From NCBI GenBank assembly GCA_937625935.1, contig OW569350.1, forward strand, positions 434,001 to 498,000: a stretch of 64,000 nt of DNA, given 5' to 3'. Made by a program: the position numbers and the translations under genes. Shown one piece after another: positions 57,675 through 64,000 of the stretch (the first letter of the stretch is position 1; each line of letters opens with the position of its first letter). The notes below the pieces were generated by a model. That model did not search any database. It was not told the origin of the DNA and was given only the letters and a program-made list of their open reading frames with translations. The DNA is from Tetramitus jugosus (lineage: Eukaryota > Protista > Heterolobosea).

Positions 57675-60600
57675 TTATGACCTGTTGGATCTGCCTACAG
57701 ATGGTTGTTGCTGTTGTTGTCCAACAATGGCATTGTATGCAGCTGTTCGCTTCTTGTTTTGAATCTGAATAAACTGATCATCCATTTCATTCTCCTTGGC
57801 AAACAACATGTTCTGCTGTCTCTCAAACATTTCCCTGTCCTTGTTGTTTGGTTCTCTCTCGGCACGGAACATGAGTGCCTCAGCCATTCGAATCGAATCA
57901 TAAAAGCTTGGACCGGTCGATAGAGTCGAACCAACCAAACTACTCTTGAACAACTGGTCATAATAGTCGGCCTTGGTTGCCAATCCCAACTCTTTTGCTC
58001 CCTCTGCCATAATGTACAGCAGGAATCGACTGGTAGGCATGCCCAATTTTTGTTCCATGTCGTGCAGTAACCGTTCTGCAGCCTTAAAGTCACGAGAGAA
58101 CTGCAAGTGGTACTTGATGAGTGGTATGTACAGCTTGGCTCTTGAGGACTTGGTTGCTGGTGTCGCACTCAACTTTCTCTCCCAATCATCATCGATTCTC
58201 GTTTGGAAGTACGAGTCTAGAATCTGATGTGCGCGGTCAACACGTTTCACGAGACACAATCCGTCAATCATCGAATAAACGAGGTCTTCCTCCAAATGAG
58301 GGAAGTCAGAGTGTCTAGAGCTGTGTGAATAATATCGGAAATTGAGCCAATAACTCTTTGTTTGTTCAAAGAATTGCAATGCTTCATCAACCTTGCGCAT
58401 CGTGCACAACGATCGCAACACAATGGAATAAATGTATGGTTGTGGCTTCATATCCGTCTTCTCTCTTAATTCATAGTAGCACTCGACAACCTTGGATGGC
58501 ATATTGTTCAAAAAGTATGTCTCCATGAGCAGTTGATATGTGTTGACACCTGGTTCAATGTTGTCCGATTGCATATCTTGGAGAATGAGCTGCGCAAATT
58601 CAACATCATACTTTCGGAGAAGCATGTTGTACACGAGTGGTGGTCTCTGCATGCCAACTTCCTTCATTTGAATGGAAATGACGTTTCTTGCCGTTTCAAA
58701 CATGTTGGCAGCAACTAATGCCTTGAGCAACAAAAAGTATGTGGTAAAGTTTGGAGTGATGCGATAGGGTTCCATGAGTTTGAACGCCTCAATCAACTCT
58801 TCATACTTGTCCAGTGCCGCCAAGCAAGAGAGCATGTGATTGTAGGAGATGATGGTTGGTGCTTGACGGTATGCCTGCACATCACCAGAGTCAAATATGC
58901 TACGACTGGCAGCACTTCCACCACCAACCATTCCACTCTTCTCATGATTGAAACTACTACTTGAGTGATCAGAGTCGAATATTCTCGATCGAGTGTTTCC
59001 GCTGCTGCTCAGTAGAGACTCTACCTGTTCACCCAATTCAATAGATCTTCTCTGTGGCTCGCAGTCCACAACAACCTGGTGAATCAGTTGGGATAGAGCA
59101 GGAATCACAGTGAGCGTGTCGAACACTCGGAGAGCAATCCAATACTTTTCTTGATCGAGCAGAATCTTGAGTGTCGAATAGTACAGTGTCTTAAAATCAA
59201 ATCTCTGTTTGAAATTGTGGAGACTAATGAGAACTCGATCACTGAAAATGGGCAAGATCTTATCGGGTGCATGCTCTGCATATTGCTTGATTAGTGCAAT
59301 GAGAATTCTGGTGTTCAACTCTTCATTCGAACCATGGAGAATACTCTTGGCCAACTCCTCAGTCTTCTCAATACCATTGTACTTGGATGATGCAGAGAGA
59401 AGAGTGTTCAGAGTCTGAGCAGACACAACAGAGTGACCATACTTGCTCGTCATGCCCAACAAAAACTCCTGAGCCATTCCCAAGCTGTTCATTTGCTTGT
59501 GTTGTTGTTGTTGTTGTTGTTGATGACTGTATGGGTTGGACAGTTTCAATTCGCCACTTGCTTGAGCTTGTAGCTGTTGTTGTTGCTCCTTTTGTTGTTG
59601 CAATTGTCTGTGATAGTGGAGCAATTGTGGATGCAGCAACTCTCTGAGCTCTTCCTCCTCTAGATTCTGATCAGGTGGCAACGACAACAAGTGTTGATCC
59701 TTCTCGTACTGCTTAACGAATCCATTGATCAGCAAAGAGACATGTTTGGCTGTCGGTTTCACACCCAATCTCTCCATTCTGTTTGTCAATTGGAGCGCGC
59801 TGTCTAATTGACCACTGTTGACACACTCTGTCACCAATTCGATAAACAGAGAGGAGAATTGGGAAGTGGAACCGAGTTGACCAGATTTGATCACCTTGTC
59901 CAAAATGTCTAGTGCATCCTGCAGATGACCCTGTTGACATCGTTGCTTGATTAAGCACTTGTAAATGATTCCGTCAAACTTCATTCCCAACTGTTCCATC
60001 TTGTCCATCAACACCTTGGCAGGTTCATATTGATTGTTGTTGAGATACATGGTCACAAGCACACGATAACAAAAATAGTTTGGTTTCACATTGTACTTTG
60101 ACTCCATTTGATCAAGTACTTGCTGTGCTTCCTTCAATCGCCCATGATAACTCAGTGCATAAATGTAACATGCCATGAATTGATCATCCAACTGTAGAGG
60201 GTGAGCAGTAGCTGTACTCTTCCTACTGTTGGTATTCTGAGCGTTGCTGCTCGTTTGTGCTTGTTGTTGTTTCAACACTCGTTGCAACACGCGTCGACAT
60301 CCGTTCAAATGATGAATGGACTGATAACCGCGCAACAAGCTCGTGTACGTGTAGATGCTCGGTTCAAATCCCAACTCTCTCTTCATCTGTACAATCAACT
60401 CTTCTGCGAGATTGACACCTCTAATCTCACAATAATGCTCAATCATCATGTTGTAAATCTCAGTGTCCAACACGTGCTTGAACTGAGTTTTTGCCTGATC
60501 GAATATCAACAAGAGTTTTCGATGGAGGAATCTGAGTTTTCTGCATCGTTGAATCACAGAGGCGAGGAATTTGGGAGTCATGGGAGGTATGTGGGCATCA

Positions 60601-61063
60601 TGATTGCTTGGACCACCTTGATTGGCTACTCGATCATACAAGTACACCAATCCATCAACAGACACAAAATTGGACAGTGTAATGTACTGCTGGACAGACA
60701 GGGGAACTCTGTGCGTGTCTGTAAACTTGTAAAACAGTTTTAATCTCTTTCCAATGGTCATTGTGCTGCTATTATGGATATTCGTCGTATTGTTATTGTT
60801 GTTGGTATTGATAGCAGTTGTATTGTTCGTGTGAATATTGTTGGTACGATTTGGATGGTTATGATTGTTGGCGTCCATTGTACTCTTGTTGTTCAAGTGT
60901 TTCATTTGTTGATTCAATTTGACAAATTCTTCATCATCAAACGTATCATCAATAATACTCGTACTCAGAAAACTAAGTGTACTACTATTGTTATTACTAT
61001 TGTAATTATTGTTGTAATTCACGATTGATGGAGCACCAGCCATGTTCATACCCTGATTCACAC

Positions 61064-61095
<32 letters not shown>

Positions 61096-61907
61096 ACACC
61101 CATACCACCTGTACCCATAACATCACTGACACTGCTGTTGATAATGGTTTGAATCATGGAGTCAGTCATGTGCTTGGACGGTAGAATATCAAAGTCCCTC
61201 ACTGCCATATAATAGAGATCATGTGCCTCTGATGTGAGACGATGATTCTTGAGCAATGAATAAAAGTGTGCTTCAATCAATCGATGCAATGATTGATATT
61301 CATTTGTTTTCTGATCACTGGTCATCGAGTAGTAGATGGGAAGAATGGTTTGAATGACATGTGAACTGGTAATGATGATATTGTTGTTGGATGATGATAC
61401 CATGGATCTCAACAAGTCTCTATAACTATTGAATGCACTAATTGTATTACTATTATTGTTGTTGTTGTTGTTGTTGTTGGTGTCATCCATAGTAGTAGTA
61501 CTCTCATTGAGTATACTATTCAAGTCAGCAATATGACTGGATGGATGTCGTTGTTTCTGATAGTGAGGCTGTCGATTCTTTGAATAAGAAGTATTGTTTG
61601 TTGTTGTTCTTGATGTTTTGGATGTTGGTGATGATAATGGTTGTGGAAGTGTATTCTTCTTGTTTTTCACATTTTGATGTTTCTTGTTCTTGTTATTATT
61701 CAGTGGTGGTGCATCTGCTGCATCATTGTTGAATGTGATGGATGGTGTTGTTGTTGTTGTTGTTGATGTTGTGGATGTAGATGATGATGATGATGGTGAA
61801 GAATAGTTTCTCAGTACAGATGCAATGATTGTTGTTGCATGACTTTTCATCAGTCTGTTTGACGATGCTTTGATTGCATGACTTCTCAAAATCATACTCA
61901 TCCTCAA
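57675..61907 (-). CDS. Mitochondrial pentatricopeptide repeat (PPR) protein
   Basis: Many PPR motifs (IYNMMIEHYC, PSIYTYTSLLRGY, PTIISYNHMLSC, PGVNTYQLLM); presequence-like N-terminus. Confidence 0.9.
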
Positions 61908-62135
61908 CTGTCGTGTGCTCTGATTGCGTGTGAATAATCAGATTTGAAGAAGAAGCGGAACAACTACTTTATTTTTTCTTGATCGGGGCGTAGAAATGAC
62001 TTCAACCGGCTGTTTGAACTCGCACTTCAATTTCACACATGGCGGGCAAAAAATTCCAAGGTGCGCACAAAATCTTCATACTCTCTGAGCGCAAACCAAC
62101 TCTCGCAAACGACACACATTACACACATACACAAT

Positions 62136-64000
62136 ATGTCATCATCCACATTTGAGGTATCGAATGACGATGAGAAATTGACTTATCACAAGTCTAATCT
62201 CAAGTCTCACTCTAGAAAGTTCATTCGTTTCGATGAAGAATGTGACGTAGATGCTGGTGTCACCACGACGGCTACTACCACTGATGAGATCTCTTCATCC
62301 ACTACCACCACGACTCCACTCTCATTCATCAATAGTCTTTCATCATCCAACAACAATGACAACACTGAAAAACAACAACAACAACAACAATTGATTCAAT
62401 ATATTCAAGAGAGCATCATTGGTGACAATGAAATTTTCAAGTCTCCATTCGGTTACAGAAAAGTCACCTATTGTGACTATGTTGCCTCTGGTAGATCTCT
62501 CTCATTTATTGAAGAATACATTCAGAGTCAAGTGCTTACACTGTATGCCAACACTCATACCACAACATCCATCACTGGTCATCAATCTACACTGTTTCGA
62601 TATGAGAGTAGACAATTGTTGATGAATGCAATGAATGCAAGCAAGAAGGACGTGTTGATTTTCACTGGTAGTGGTGCCACATCAGCCAGCAACAAACTGG
62701 TTCACTTGTTGGGATTGTTCAAGAATCAAAATATCAACAACAGTAATAGTAATAACAATAACAATAACAATAACAGTAATAACAAGAATGACAGTAATGA
62801 CAGTAATGACAATGATACAGATACACCTGTTGTGTTTGTAGGTCCATTTGAACATCACTCCAATCTACTGCCCTGGAGAGAGTCCAATGCCAAGATTGTC
62901 ACCATTCGTGAATCACCAGACAACAATGGACTCATTGACTTGTCTCACTTGAGATCCGAACTCGTCAAACACTCTGCCAACAGCAACAAGAGATTGATGA
63001 TTGGTGCATTCAGTGCTGCATCCAACATTACTGGTGTGTTGCAAGACACGGATACCATTACTGCTCTGTTGCACGTGTATGGTGCATATGCCGTGTGGGA
63101 CTATGCATGTGCTGCACCCTATGTCAAGATTGATATGAATGTCAATAAGCAAATCTATGGTGTGAGTACTCACAAGGATGCCATCTTTTTCTCACCTCAC
63201 AAGTTTGTGGGTGGTCCTGGTACACCTGGTGTCCTACTGGTCAAGAAGCACATGTTTCTCAATGTCAATCATCCGACTCAACCAGGTGGTGACACTGTGT
63301 TCTTTGTCACAGAGCAGGATCATCGATATTTGAAGAAGCCTCACGAGAGAGAAGAAGGTGGTACGCCTGATGTGGTAGGTGCTGTCAGAGCAGGTCTCTG
63401 TTTCCAACTCAAGAGTGCAGTCGGTGAAGAAACGATTGAATCATTGGAGAACGAGTTGTACAAGCGTGCATTTGATTCGTTTTCTCAGAATCAGAATATC
63501 ATCTTGTTGGGTCATGATCATGATGCTGCTGCTGCTGCTGCTGTTTCTCAAGCGACTGATGCTTCTCTCAAGCGATTGCCCATCTTTAGTTTCTTGGTCA
63601 AGCTGAGCGATCATTACTTGTTGCACTACAATTTTGTCAGTACGTTGCTCAATGACTTGTTTGGTGTGCAGTCCAGAGGTGGTTGTGCATGTGCTGGTCC
63701 CTACTCTCTCAAACTGCTCGGTATTCCCTATGACATGGCAAAAAAGATTGAAGATGCACTGTTGAAGGATGATGATCACGAGTTTTTGAGACCTGGGTTC
63801 ACCCGTATCAACTTTAACTACTTTTTCAACAAGGAAACAACAGACTATGTGATTGAAGCTGTCAACTGGGTTGCCACTCATGGATACAAGTTGATGCCAT
63901 ACTATACATTCTATCCTGATACTGGTGAATGGAAGCACAACTTGAACAGAAAGACTGCAAACAATAGAAGATGGATCCACAATGTTGATTACTCGAACGG
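62136..64000 (+). CDS. Class V aminotransferase / cysteine desulfurase-like PLP enzyme (3' end runs off the window)
   Basis: Not in the ORF track. Manual translation: SPFG..VTYCDYVASGRSL, YANTHT, IFTGSGAT, GPFEHHSNLLPWRE, FSAASNITG, WDYACAAPY, DAIFFSPHKFVGGPGTPG, REEGGTP, LNDLFGVQSRGGCACAGPY. Confidence 0.93.
   Translation, partial: MSSSTFEVSNDDEKLTYHKSNLKSHSRKFIRFDEECDVDAGVTTTATTTDEISSSTTTTTPLSFINSLSSSNNNDNTEKQQQQQQLIQYIQESIIGDNEIFKSPFGYRKVTYCDYVASGRSLSFIEEYIQSQVLTLYANTHTTTSITGHQSTLFRYESRQLLMNAMNASKKDVLIFTGSGATSASNKLVHLLGLFKNQNINNSNSNNNNNNNNSNNKNDSNDSNDNDTDTPVVFVGPFEHHSNLLPWRESNAKIVTIRESPDNNGLIDLSHLRSELVKHSANSNKRLMIGAFSAASNITGVLQDTDTITALLHVYGAYAVWDYACAAPYVKIDMNVNKQIYGVSTHKDAIFFSPHKFVGGPGTPGVLLVKKHMFLNVNHPTQPGGDTVFFVTEQDHRYLKKPHEREEGGTPDVVGAVRAGLCFQLKSAVGEETIESLENELYKRAFDSFSQNQNIILLGHDHDAAAAAAVSQATDASLKRLPIFSFLVKLSDHYLLHYNFVSTLLNDLFGVQSRGGCACAGPYSLKLLGIPYDMAKKIEDALLKDDDHEFLRPGFTRINFNYFFNKETTDYVIEAVNWVATHGYKLMPYYTFYPDTGEWKHNLNRKTANNRRWIHNVDYSN

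Noticed and set aside
1-64000. Alternative genetic code, stop readthrough, or U12/non-canonical introns
   Set aside because: Conserved genes end at TAA, TAG or TGA where expected, and the introns I reconstructed are GT-AG and restore frame.

Overview
Gene-dense nuclear genome segment of a unicellular eukaryote, not a prokaryote. It holds about 33 protein-coding genes with short canonical GT-AG introns (mostly 60-180 nt), very short intergenic gaps and the standard genetic code. Architecture and gene content suggest a free-living flagellate or amoeboflagellate protist, possibly Discoba/Heterolobosea (inference). Recognisable genes: GTP cyclohydrolase I, CAF-1 p60-like WD40, SLC35E-type transporter, NDUFA9, NDUFA12, CSN1, CSN9, MCM4, uL15m, lipin, site-2 protease, a four-bromodomain protein, TPR/Mlp1, a small Tim, SNIP1, MED20, LRRC56, a PPR protein and a class-V PLP enzyme, plus several axonemal genes (WDR49-like, STPG/ODF3-like, FAM166-like). 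Most notable: a cAR-like 7TM receptor fused to an RGS domain; an LRR-PIN nuclease fusion; a degenerate, truncated mitochondrial acyl-CoA synthetase-like protein; a Sororin-like C-terminal motif next to MCM4 and an ASF1-like gene; E2F-like sites before the S-phase genes; a possible extended ATP synthase subunit f; a frameshifted GPI-anchored surface gene; and a mosaic of microsatellite-rich and microsatellite-free domains. No CRISPR array, rRNA, tRNA or intact mobile element was recognised. All family assignments come from motif recognition by eye, without database searches.
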